55,081 nt of DNA from Carcharhinus longimanus (taxonomy: Eukaryota): assembly GCA_030264375.1 (NCBI GenBank), contig JASCQW010000072.1, forward strand, positions 18,419,322-18,474,402, read 5' to 3'. Positions 24,906 to 36,802 of this stretch are shown one piece after another; the stretch's first letter is position 1; each line of letters opens with the position of its first letter. Both the position numbers and the translations under genes were made by a program. The notes beneath the pieces were generated by a model. That model was not told the origin of the DNA, searched no databases, and saw only the letters and a list, made by a program, of their open reading frames with translations.

Positions 24906-26329
24906 CATGGAGGCAGGACTGATGGAGGAGAAAATGAGAGCAAAATCGGGAGAGAAAGGCGGTACTAGCGGATTGTCAAAGAACAGAGTGCAGTAGTAAA
25001 AGATTGTCGAAGGGCAGAAGTTATAAGACTATCCAAGGAAGAGGCTGTCCTGAGGCTGAGGCCTCATTGGCAGGGGAATATTGAAGAGGCTATACTGGGG
25101 CAGTATAAGCCATGAAAGAGGGTTCTGCATGGCACATGTCTTGGTCCTGGTGTCGGGCAAGGAAAGGTCTTTCTGAGCAGTGATGTCCTGCACAGTATGG
25201 TGTAGAGGGGCATGGTCTGTCACCTAAGAAAGCAGACCTGGAAGTTTAAGTCATAATATTCCGAGGCAGAAAGATTGTAATGTTCAGGGGAGGCATCTGG
25301 ATCCTGTAAATCAATAGCTGAAAAGTCATGGGGTACTGGATGCTCTCATGGAGGGAAGGCATTCCAGTAAGGATGCAATGGCCTCAAGAAGGGGAGGGGT
25401 CAAGTCGATAAAGAACATGAGGATATCAACGTTAAAGCGTTCAGGGGAAGAACAGGAATATCCACACTAGCAATGATGGGATCAAGGCTAATAGGGGGAG
25501 GTTGGATAGTGACAGAAGGAAGACAAATCAGGAGGTGGGGAATTTGAAGGTAGATGGAACAAACCTGGTGGGTTTGAGGCTGAAGGAAGAGTTGGAAGCA
25601 GGTCTCCCGGATGAAAGGCAGCAGCACCATTTTTGATCTTCCTCAGAAATGATGCAGTTCAAAAAATAAGCTAGAAAGATTTGATCGGAAAGGCGTCTCT
25701 GATTATGTGAGAGGAGTTCAGGACAACAACGTCTGGCCACTTGAAAGGGTACTCTATTATACTGCTTAAAACATGGGCCAGATGGTTGCTAGATTCGAGG
25801 GTCTAATTCACAATGAACGAGCTTGGCTTCTTGAATAATGGTGCTCATTCAGGGGATTGGTGCATATGGTCTTAACTAACGTGATCTTTTCAGAAACATG
25901 TCAGAATGGATGTAGGGTCAAACAATCAAGGGCCATGTCTACTTTCCAAAGGATAACATAAATCCTACAAACCACCACTTTCGGAGTGCACTGTCATAGC
26001 AATCAAGGTACATGCTTACAGTCATGACATAAGTGAAAGGACTGGATATCAATTGTTATTGTCAAGGCCACTGGAAAATGATCACCAGAAGCCCAACAAT
26101 AGATCCATGGACTTGGGTCTTTGAACCCTAATTCAGATCCTTGCTGTGAATATGCAGTCACATCTGAGCGTAAAGCTCAGCCACCTGGATGGGATGGGCT
26201 TGGTATGCCATGTGCAGTTTGCTGCTTTGTATACGGAGGGAGACCATTCAACGAAAACTACCATTGATTGTTGAATTGTGTATGTTCACAGCTACAAGCA
26301 GGAGTGGCAAATGCAGGCTATGGTCAACA

Positions 26330-27420
26330 CTGCATTCTTGATGATCTGATGACAGTATCACAGGCATCTTTATCTGTCTAGGGATGTAGTAGCGCATATT
26401 TTCTACATTCTCTATGAGAAACACCTGCTAGTGCTCCGACGTTTGTTACCGTAGTGAAAATTTTTGCCAGCAAATCCTTCCAGGGCTCCACTGGGGACCT
26501 TGGTGGAATCTCATAATCAATGACAGTTGTCTAAGGTAGGTAGGAGATATCCTTTTCAGTAAAGCATACTGTTCTGCAAGGATGAAGCAAACCAGACTTA
26601 CAGAATTTGGGATTCATTGCGATTTCAGGATTTCCATAAATGCAGGGCACCAGTGACTACACACGTGGCCTCGAGTTATCTGCCAATAGCCTGTGAGATT
26701 CATTAATAGAAAAGGATTTCATTCTAACTGGCCAGCTAATTTGTGATCACTGCAAACAGATCCAGCTAGGCACCCAGGAAGCTCACATGATTCATACATT
26801 TTGAGTCTCTCCCAGGTGCCAGAGATATTTGAGGGAGATCAGTTTTTGGAGGGTTAACTCCTCAGTGGTAAGGGATATGCCCAAACAATATGGACAATGA
26901 TGCCCTGTCGTCAGCCATAGAGTGCATCCAAGGAGAGATGCAGTGCGGCACATTCAACCATCAGTCTTGAGTAGTGTACACTACTGACCTCTTAAAGATA
27001 TGTTCCCCATGGCTGGAGTGGTTGGGGCAACTTTCCAATTCTCACCACAGAAAGTGTTTTGCATCATCAGTGTTTGCTGTGTCCTGCACAATCTAGTGTT
27101 GCAAATGGTGGGTGGTNNNNNNNNNNNNNNNNNNNNNNNNNNNNNNNNNNNNNNNNNNNNNNNNNNNNNNNNNNNNNNNNNNNNNNNNNNNNNNNNNNNN
27201 NNNNNNNNNNNNNNNNTATTCAACTTGTTTGTTTTTCATTAAAATGGTTAAAAATGAAGGAGGAAAGCTTAATGTCTCCTGGGACAAAGAGGGTTTGGAA
27301 GGGAATGTATGTGAAACGGGCCACAATTCAGATGAATCACACGAGGATGCCATTCCATCGGAATGATTTGGCAGATGTGTCTGTGATAAACTCATAGCTA
27401 CTAGATTTCTACAAGATTAA
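26330..27420 (+). pseudogene. Harbinger (HARBI1-like DDE) transposase, disrupted
   Basis: Motifs in order across frameshifts: FASKSFQGSTGDLGGIS, GFIAISGFP*MQGTSDYT, FINRKGFHS, PGSSHDSYIL, GKGY, CCVLHNL, acidic tract, LIATRF. Confidence 0.88.
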
Positions 27421-28419
27421 AGTGGAGAAGCTTTAACAATCAAAGTGCAGCGGACAGAACAAAACATTCACTGTCAAAGTCAACATATCATGAAAGGCCA
27501 TTAATCTCACAATGATCATGGTGGAAGCATAAATCACATTCAACGCTACCAGTGTTGTAATCTTTGGAAGAATCAGTAGCCAAGAGAATATGTGGACGCT
27601 GGGGAATGTGATCAGCTTTCCACCACTAAATCGCCTTAAGCAAAAAAACAGTGCAACCCTTTCAACCATGGTGTCGACAAGTCACTGGGCATAGCATCCT
27701 TCATGCAGCTTAAATGCCTTTGCACACATGGATACACTCATGCTAGTATGACAGTCGCTTAGCAAGGCAGTTCCAACAGGAAAACTATACTTGTCAATGG
27801 TTAGTGCTTGACACTCTCAAGAGGAAGCCACATCCGGACGCCACCATCTCTCCAAGTGCTAGCTGCCATGCATGAATAATGCAGATGCCTCACCTTGCTA
27901 CCGAGCCCCAAGATGTTATTGGACATCAGGATGCAGTGACCTGTTACTCAATAACATGCATCCAAAGTTGCAAGTTCACATTGTTTTCACAAAGAATGGC
28001 TCAGTGGGATCCTCGTTTGATTGTTGACACTCACTCTGCATTCACCGGTAGCCTACTAAGTTTGTGACCTACACTACCTTGGCAGTTGGGAGAGATGTGG
28101 CCTAGTCAGCACTGGCACATCAGTGAATGACAACTTCTTCCTTCACAGATCCTACTGAGCACTCGGATGTGCGGAAGTATCAATTTCATAGCATTACAGT
28201 CCTTGACACTGACCATCTCACAAAGGCCAATTCTTTCGATGAACCAGAGGTCAATGAGTGCACGGTCATGCATTGAATTCCATATAGATTTGCAAACCAT
28301 GCCTTTACCAAAGGATTCCGCAATGTAATGCTCGACAGCTGTTCAGGACCAAAGTGCGATTTCACAGTTAGGTCCGTGGCTTCATCACGGCAAGCACACA
28401 CCTCTGATATCACACACTC

Positions 28420-28655
28420 ATTTGATTTGATTTGATTTATTACTGTCACATGTATTAACATGCAGTGAAAAGTATTGTTTCTTGCACGCTATACAGACAA
28501 AACATACCGTTCACAGAGAAGGAAACGCGAGAGTGCAGAGTGTAGTGTTACAATTATAATTGGGGTGTAGAGAAAGATTAACTTAATGCAAGGTAAGTCC
28601 ATTTAAAAGTCTGACAACAGCAGGGAAGAAGCTGTTGTTGATTCGGTTGGTACAT
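28420..28655 (-). mobile_element. Rex1/Babar-type LINE 3' end
   Basis: (tttga)n tail then ttattactgtcacatgta..cagtgaaaagtattgtttcttg; the same tail is on + at 52680-52765. Confidence 0.65.
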
Positions 28656-29299
28656 TCCCCTCGAGTAGACATTTCAAATGTCATTGCTGGGATCAATTTT
28701 CATCATTTAGAGTTATGCATGGGATGAATAGGAATTAAAAAAGAAATAAAGTTCAGCCTGAAACACAAAGACAAAAACATGCTGCAGGGAGGCATGAAAG
28801 GCCATGGTGCTTGATGATGAATGCTACTTTTCTCATAAATTCAGTCATAAAATAAATGCCATTGTAATTTACAATTGGGAGGAAAGACTATAACATTGGT
28901 TATGACAAATGCTTGGATCATCCACAAACTGCAGACTTCAGGATCATCACTAACCTTGATAACCAATTCTCATGAAACCATATTATGTCTGCCTGAGGTG
29001 CAAGGGTCACATGTGCATTATCCTGCCATCATTTTCACGTGAAGTGCCTTTATTCATGTTGTAGATGTGGAACTAAGGGAGGATCACTGATGAGACTGAA
29101 TTTGACTTAATGGAATTGAGGGATCAAATGGGGATATTTCTGCTGGGGTTTGTACATGAACTAACATGGAATCTTGCATCACATTGATTAGTCATTCAAT
29201 ATCTGAGACTAGGAGAGGTAAAATGCAAAATATGTTGACAATTGTGCAGATTATTTACAATGAATGAGCAACCATGTCGCTACTGGGTATTCCAAACAT

Positions 29300-30830
29300 T
29301 TTAAAATTTTCTAACCCTACCATGATGTCCAGGTGTTGCCCTGACATCTATAGCAGAAGTGGATCCAGCCTGCTGATTGCTATTGTTTGTTGTCTGAGGT
29401 GAAATTGGTAGGCATTCTCTGATGGCCCACACTTGGAGGGCCAGGATTGCTGAGGGTTTCCTACTCTTGAGTAAATACATTTTCCTCAGCCTGACCTACT
29501 GGAATTGATTAGTTCACAAGCAGAGGGGAATTGGAGTGGCAGAATCTCCTGGCTGGATACCTGGCTGGCACTTCTCCTTCTTTTGGCTGCCTGAGGATCC
29601 CTACTTGATTCATTAGCGAATGAAGATCCTGGAGCGAAGTCAAAATGCTCTGTCTCTCTCTGGCCTTGCTGCTGCTGGATTGCACCCATGTGATGGTAGG
29701 TACTAACACAAATCCGCTTCTGGACCTGGGTCTCCAAGGTGGCTGCCACTATCTCTGTGCTCACATCCTGGAGACATGACATCAGACAGAACATGGATAA
29801 TTTCCTTGCATCCTCATCAGAAGTGGTAAGGGGATTGGGGCTGAGGTGCTTGCTGGAACTCTTCTACCACCTTTTCTTGCTTGTAGCTGAAATAAAGTAT
29901 AGATGGTGATGACTCGGCAAATTCCAACATTCATAGGCACGGTCCCAATGCTGTCGATGTAACACTGGATAGACACTGGCTGGTTTGGGATGGCCGATCT
30001 GGCATTCCATACAGAAATGATCTCTGTCTACTTCAGCTAGCTCTGCAGCCTGCTCCTTGTAGAAGAGTTTCATCAGCTCACGGATCTTTCACAGTGAATA
30101 TATTTAGGATCCTGCAGTTCGGAATGAGGCCATTTGGCCCATCGAGTCTGCACCGACCACAATCCCACCCAGGTCCTATCTGTGTGCTCGGACCTGCACA
30201 CCATCACATGGATGTACTCCAGCAGTGGCAAGGCCAGAGAGAGGCAGAACATTTCAACCTCATCTTTTGCTAAGGAATCAGGTGGAAACCTCCTGAACTT
30301 AGATCTTTGTTTTCTCCTTTTGGTTGTCGGAGATCTTGTCCTATATAAAGAGGATGGATTAACTATGAGCACAATGGATGACAGAGTATTTTAGAAGCAC
30401 GCATGCCAGTTGTGTGTCCTAGGTTATGTGTGCTAAGCCCTTTCCAGTAAAGGATTAAGACATAATTTCTGCAGGACCTTACATGAGATGGTGAGTTTAA
30501 AGTTGCCAGCAGACATTTGATGCTGATGTTCCATTTGCTGGTCATGCATGACATCCCTGTGGACTCTAACCCTTAGACTGTCTGATGCCTTTCCGAGGGT
30601 GTAAGGTTGGACAGAACAGAAATTTCACTTATCTTGGTGCAGCACAGCAGATCATTCATTCTTTTTCTGCACTCCTGTGGTTCTTTACTGTTGGCCATAG
30701 GCACTGACCTCTCTGGAGACCTCCTCTCAGGCCGGCGTGATCTGGTGAGATGACCTTTGGCTCCCATTTCGAAGAAAGAGGACATTCTGCTTTCCAGGAT
30801 GACCTGGAGGAGGATCCCCGGGAAGGGTTT
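29300..30830 (-). pseudogene. Harbinger Myb/SANT-like DNA-binding gene remnant (family A)
   Basis: A*EEVSREVSA...QECRKRMNDLL at about 30640-30735; downstream low-complexity part homologous to 45400-46160. Confidence 0.7.
30100..30185 (-). mobile_element. HE1-like SINE tail fragment
   Basis: gaggccatttggcccatcgagtctgcaccgaccacaatcccacccagg. Confidence 0.75.
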
Positions 30831-31459
30831 CTGAACCATAGGGCAGAGGATTGTCCTTTTTGGCACGTGCTGAAGCAGAACTGTACTACGTGTTGAAGTA
30901 TGACGCTAGGACCTTTGACATCAATGGTAGAGTGGACAAATGCCTCCCTGCCCACCCTGCCGCGAGATTCAACATGTTCCTTGTTGATGCTTAACTAATG
31001 AGATGGAAAATGCAAAACCAGACAGAAAACTCCAACACACCGTCCAGCAGAATCACACTGACTTTCCCACCCACCACCATACTTACTCTTCAAAGTGGAA
31101 ATTTTCACCCACAGTCTTTCCAGTTCTTGCTGTCATGATTGTTCTTAGTTTTGTTAGATCAACATCTAAGTTTCAGATTGTTCTTAAACCTTTTATTGGA
31201 AGTTTTCATTGTAAACAGCTCAGTGTAACAATGCAGATAGGGCCATTCTGCCACTAGGTGGAAATCTCGCACTTCAGTTACCATTGTTAATTGAGCAATC
31301 CAAAAGTCAACCTCTAAACCTGTTGCTATAACGGTGTTAAATCCTTTCCTTTATATTTTTCAAATTCTGCATAAGTTTTAAAAGATTATGCCAAGTTTAA
31401 AAAAAGTGACTGCAACTTTATTTATGATGGTGTTTTTGTTGGAATAGTTTTTTTTTAAT

Positions 31460-32300
31460 TCTGCTGTCAATGGTCCTTCTTGCTCCAAGCCCAGTGCCTC
31501 TTTGAAGTTTAATGATGCTGTCAGTTTTACTCTAGATCACCGTAAATTATTTTTTTCAATTGCTTCTGCTTCCTCCAGCTCCGGTCAAGGTACCAATAAA
31601 TTTTTCACTGGTTATGTCGGCCTCACTTCCTTTAGCCCCAGATCGGCTCTGTGTTAATTTTTTAATGGCAGCAGCAGCTTGTTGTCAGTTCCACTTGCTC
31701 CAGCCCTGTTTCTGGTCTCACGCTCTACAGCATCATCAATCCAGTTCTCCACTTCCTTCTCAGCTGCAATCTTCAATTCTGTTTGCTACAGCCTTGTCTG
31801 GTTTAAATTTCCACAGCACTGTGAACCCCATTCACGTTCTCCATTAATCGCTCGGCCTCTGTACCAGCCCCTGCTCTTCCAGTCTAACTCCAGTGCTGGA
31901 TTTTTCCATAGCCCGTTGGTTTCACTTCGTCCAGCCCCACATAAATCTTGTTTCTCTAACACTTGCCTATCTTTGGGTAATTTTTTTCAAACAGCTTTGT
32001 CAGTTTTCATTCCTCCTGCTCAGAGTAAATTTTCAAATGGCATTTTCCAGTTCACTTGCCCCCCACCCTAACCTACTTCAAAACAATTTCTTCAATAGTC
32101 TCAGTTGGTGGACAATTTTTAATTGGGCTTGGCTCCTAAAACTCCATGCACACGTATAATATATTTTTTTAATGGCTTCATTTGATGGCCTCCTTTAAAA
32201 TCAACACTGCCTCCTTGCTCAGTCAGGGTCTCATTTTTTTAAATTGTTGCAATTAGCTCAATGTTTGTAATTGGACTTGCTTTCTCCAGCCCTGGTAAAT
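31460..32300. repeat. Degenerate tandem-like repeat with recurring (cca)cttgctccagccc motif
   Basis: About 10 variants of cttgctccagccc separated by T-rich spacers (ttttttaatggc). Confidence 0.55.
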
Positions 32301-32695
32301 ATTGAAATATTTGAGTTGGTAATGCTGTCATACCATCAATGCATTGAAATCAACGAGAAATGCTTAATCAGTAACAGCAACAGCTTGTATTTGCTCCAGA
32401 GGTGTAAACACTGCCACTCCACTGATTAAAGCCAACACAGTTAAAAGGCATTCCACTTCCTGCAACTAACTATGAGCAAGGCCATGGGAGATTCATTGGT
32501 GTTCACAATTATATTAAATCATCAGAGGAAGACACATCTTTATCTTATGAGGGTGTAATTGGTGCATGAGGGTGAAATTTATTTCTGAATTTTTGAAATA
32601 ACCACTGACAATAATATGGCAAAAAGAAATAGAAGGGCTGTATTTTGCAGTCAGTGATGAAGCAGCAACAAAAAGCTGTCCACAAAAGTCTAGTA

Positions 32696-32892
32696 GTGGA
32701 ATTTTCCCAACTTGCCTGCCATGGGAATCATAGCGGGAGGGCGGGGGGGTCCGTTGATCTCAGGTGGGATTTTCCGGTCTTGGGGTGAGCAGAAACAAAC
32801 TGCTCACATCAGGAAAGGGAGAGTACACTTCATGAAGACTGCTAGAGTGAGATTTTCCTGCGCACTCATTCCAAGACCGGAAAATTCCGCCC
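32696..32892. mobile_element. Harbinger-type MITE pieces
   Basis: gtggaattttccc...gggattttccggtcttgg and the inverted ccaagaccggaaaattccgccc. Confidence 0.6.
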
Positions 32893-33125
32893 TAGCATCT
32901 CCATGGAGTGACTCCTCCTGTCCCGATGTCAGTTTGTTTCTGACACCGTGTCAAAGGGGTCTCAATGTGTCCAAAAGCAGTGATATCATTAAGCAGAGTG
33001 AATAGCAAAAGATATTGATGCATTCTCATAGACAGCAAACCAGGAAATAAAAAACACTGAATCCCTTCACTTTTAATTTACATATAATAAGATACATTAT
33101 TAGAACATACACACATGGGACTAGG

Positions 33126-33616
33126 ATAGAACAAAGAACAAAGAAAATTACAGCACAGGAACAGACCCTTCGGCCCTCCAAGCCTGCACCGACCACGCTG
33201 CCCGACTTAATTAAAATCCCCTACCCTTCCAGGGACCATATCCCTCTATTCCCACCTTATTCACATACTTGTCAAGACCACCCCTTAAAAGTCATTACTG
33301 TATCCGCTTCCACTACGTCCCCTGGCAACAAGTTCCAGGCACCCACCACTCTCTGTGAAAAAAATCTGCCTCGTACACATTTCCTTTAAACTTTGCCCCT
33401 TGTACCTTAAACCTATGCCCCCTATAAATTGACTCTTCCACCATGGGAAGAACCTTCTGACTATCCACTCTGTCCATGCTTCTTATAATCTTGTAGACTT
33501 CTATCAGGTTTCCCCTGAACTTCCGTCGCTCCAGTGAGAACAAACCGAGTTTCTCCAACCTCTCCTCGTAGCTAGTGCCCTCCATACCAGGCAACATCCT
33601 GGTAAATCTTTCCTGA
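33126..33616 (-). mobile_element. CR1 (HER1-like) 3' end, relatively young
   Basis: ORF 33313-33597 (MLPGMEGTSYEERLEKLGLFSLERRKFRGNLIEVYKI) is the CR1 ORF2 C-terminus; (aacaaag)n tail. Confidence 0.92.
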
Positions 33617-35454
33617 AGATTCTGTAAATCTTTTCTAAAGATAAAATATTAACTTTAAAATCTTTGAAATTTTATTTGCCATATTGGAGAAATTTCTCAG
33701 GAAACATAAAAATATTCTTTCAGTGGTCATGAAATTGTATTGTAGTAACTATGAAATTAATAGACTGTTCAAAACTCAGTTACACTTCAATCAGCAAGGC
33801 ATAACTTTCGCAAGGATTCTGACAGTAAAAGAATGTAAATGCAGGATCAGATCAATGATTTCTAATTGATTGCATTCCGAGGGACTTCAATAGTGCAACC
33901 CACGGATAATGTGGAATCACTGACGGTAAATTTTCGATTTCTTTGTTCAACAGTGCTTGTGCAGACTTCAGAAATTAATATCAGTTTCAGGGGAAAACTC
34001 TGTTTCACTATTATTACTACAAATTTCAGACCAAAACACCTAAGTAACCAAGCCAATTGTGGGTATTAGGTAATATAACACATTTTCTGCAATGAAGAAA
34101 ATGTATTAAGTACTGCAATTTCTTTGTGACAAATTGTGCATGCACATTTCAAAACAACTATAAAATGTTATCCATAGAAGTATAAAACAAATGTTGAAGT
34201 ATTTAAACAGCCATTAAACTAACAATAATTTTAATGATTTTGGGCTCTCTCCTTTCTAAATGGGAAACTAAAATAAATCTGGCACACATTAAAATATTTA
34301 TTTACTTGTTCATTGTATCTCTATTCTCAACAGAGGTGCAATCAGTTTATAAATCTACATGCCAGGGCTACCTGGTTCTTATCACATAGGTATTCCAAAC
34401 TTCCCTGCATGTGGTAAGTAAGTGGAGGGTTCCTGTTGTATGTAACAAGAAGCAATAAAATAGTCATGATTAATTTATCCAAGAACTATGTTCAGTCTGG
34501 TTGCCCTATGACAGCAATGATCTGTGGGTTCTACTGTTGATTGCATGTTTAAGCCAAATGCTTATAATGAGCTCTGATTATGAACTTTGAGTAACCTTAT
34601 TCCTGAGACCCTGAATGATAGCAGTTCCCATATGTACGATGCTTTCATCTCCATGCCAGTTTTACTCCCCAAACTAAAAAGTACTAAGAAATGTTAAGTC
34701 CCGCACAAGTGAAAGTTTGCTTATAACATGTCCATTTCACATGCTTCACATTCAAAACATTTAAAGAACACACTAACTGTTCATCACAACTAGCTAACAG
34801 TTAGCAAGCACCCTTCCATGGTTGGCAAAACAATGTCACGTTTCAGGTACTCTTGTACATTGTAATCAATTGAACATCAACCCACATGCAGCAACTATTC
34901 ACTCAGTGGTATCCAGTTAGAACATCATGTCACCTAATCATCAGTTACACTTCCCTTATGTTGAATGGGAATGAGTGGCTATCTCTATTTAATGCCTCGA
35001 TGGCTTTCTCTTTGTAGATGTTTGATAGAATAGACCTTCAACATCATGTGCTAATTGGAAGGCAGCCCAATTAAACTGCTGTGGTAAAAAAAATACAAAA
35101 CAATGCTCCAATTCGAAAAATTCTCACTGTTCCATAAACTTCTAGGATCAGTTTATTTGCTTATACTGTTGTGGGGAGAACATGACTAAGTAATTACAAA
35201 TCAATAGTCAGAACTGACTATTAAATGGGTAATTTTTAAATAGATAGTGAGGCAGTATTCCACAACACTATAACAATAGATGTATGATTATTTATAAACT
35301 TGCACAGCTGTGATTCAAGACTTCAGTAAGTAATTTACTGAATCATATTTACAAAGAAATTAAGTCAAAATTTATGCTGATTTCTGTACTGACTTTGCAT
35401 ATTAAAATTACATTTCCTGCAGAGTTCATTTTCAATGTAAATTTTCTGCAAGTT

Positions 35455-36443
35455 ATGCCCCCTCCTTTCAAAGCTGTTGTTATCATCTCCTTCCTCAAAA
35501 ATCCTCTGTACTTGTAAACTGCAGCCCCATTTCAACATCCCTTTCCTACACAAAATCCTTGAGTGAGTTGTCACTTCCCAAATCCTTCATTCCCACAATT
35601 TCACATTTGAATCCACTCAATCAGGTTTCAAACTCAACCACAGTCCTGAAAAGACCCATTGTTAAAGTCACAATTGAAATCTTTGTAACTGTGACCAGGA
35701 TAAGCGATCCCTTCACATCCCCGACCTATCTGCAGCTTCCAACACGCCATCCTCCTCCCATGCTTCTTCTCCATCATCCAGCTGGTTAGAAATACCCTGG
35801 TTTGGTTCCATTATCCATCAAAACATAGCCACAGACTCACCTGCAATTGCGTCTCTTCTCACTCTGTTACCTTTGGAGTTCCCCAAATATCCTGTCTTGG
35901 CCTTCTATTTCTCATCTATATGTGACCCCCTCAGTGATATAATGTTGACAACTGGCTCTATCTCACTACTCAGTGGACCCATCAACTTTCTCTTATTTAT
36001 CACTTTGGTTGTCCTACATAAAGAATCGAAGAGAAGAAATTTATCCAACTAATTATTGAGAAGGCTTCAATGTCTTTGAATCTTGCTGATCACATCCCTG
36101 ACAACTTAAACTGAACAAAATAGTTTTCAACCTTTGTGTTGTTTTTGTCCTAAGTTGAGTTTCCAATTGCATATCCATACTTTCTGTTTAATGACGAGGG
36201 ACCTTCCCTCATCTCACCAGCTCCTGAAACTCTCATTCCTGCATTTGTTATCTCTTGATTTGATGAGTCAAATGTTCACCAGGCTATCTACCATTTTCTG
36301 CAATACATAAACTTACGTTCAGCCAAAACTCTGTGGCCCAAGTCTTAACTAGCTTCAAATCTCATTCACCTATCATCCCTATGCTTGTTGACATTCACTG
36401 CCTCCCAAATCCACAGTACCTCAATTTTAAAATCCTCATCCTT
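35455..36443 (+). mobile_element. L2-type LINE RT, decayed
   Basis: Successive RT blocks: cctttcaaagctg..ctcaaaaa, ccccatttcaacatccctttcct, tcaatcaggtttc, ggagttccccaa, ttttaaaatcctcatcct. Confidence 0.7.
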
Positions 36444-36560
36444 GGATGGAATTTTCCCACCAGCCGTAGTTACTGTGGCAGGCGAGGCCATTAAATTGGC
36501 TTGATGGAGAAAGTCAGTTCCCCACTGGCAGGGGTCACTGTGGCAAGTAGGGCCATGGGA

Positions 36561-36802
36561 AACACAGAAGGAAGGAGCGGGAGGAGGCCATTTGGCCCTT
36601 CGAGCCTGGTCCGCCTATTCATTATGATCATTGTTGATCGTCCAACTCAATGATCTAATCCTGCTTTCTTCCCATAACTTTTCATCCCATTCGCCCCAGC
36701 TGCTACACCTAGCCGCCCCTTGAATACATTCAATGTTTTGGCATCAATTACTTCCTGTGGTACTGAATTCCACAGGCTCGTCACTCTTTGGGCAAAGAAA
36801 TG
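36561..36802 (-). mobile_element. CR1 3' end nested in Harbinger A copy 2
   Basis: ggaggccatttggcccttcgagcctg...gaattccacaggctc. Confidence 0.8.

Larger units (their letters stand above)
24240..31110. mobile_element. PIF/Harbinger DNA transposon family A, copy 1 (decayed, formerly autonomous)
   Basis: Convergent transposase (+) and Myb/SANT (-) remnants; right TIR-like ggaaattttcaccc at about 31096-31110; homologous blocks at 37123-38680 and 45040-46160. The left boundary is uncertain. Confidence 0.75.

Noticed and set aside
26330-27420. Domesticated HARBI1-like host gene
   Set aside because: Multiple stops and frameshifts, and it sits within a multi-copy transposon.
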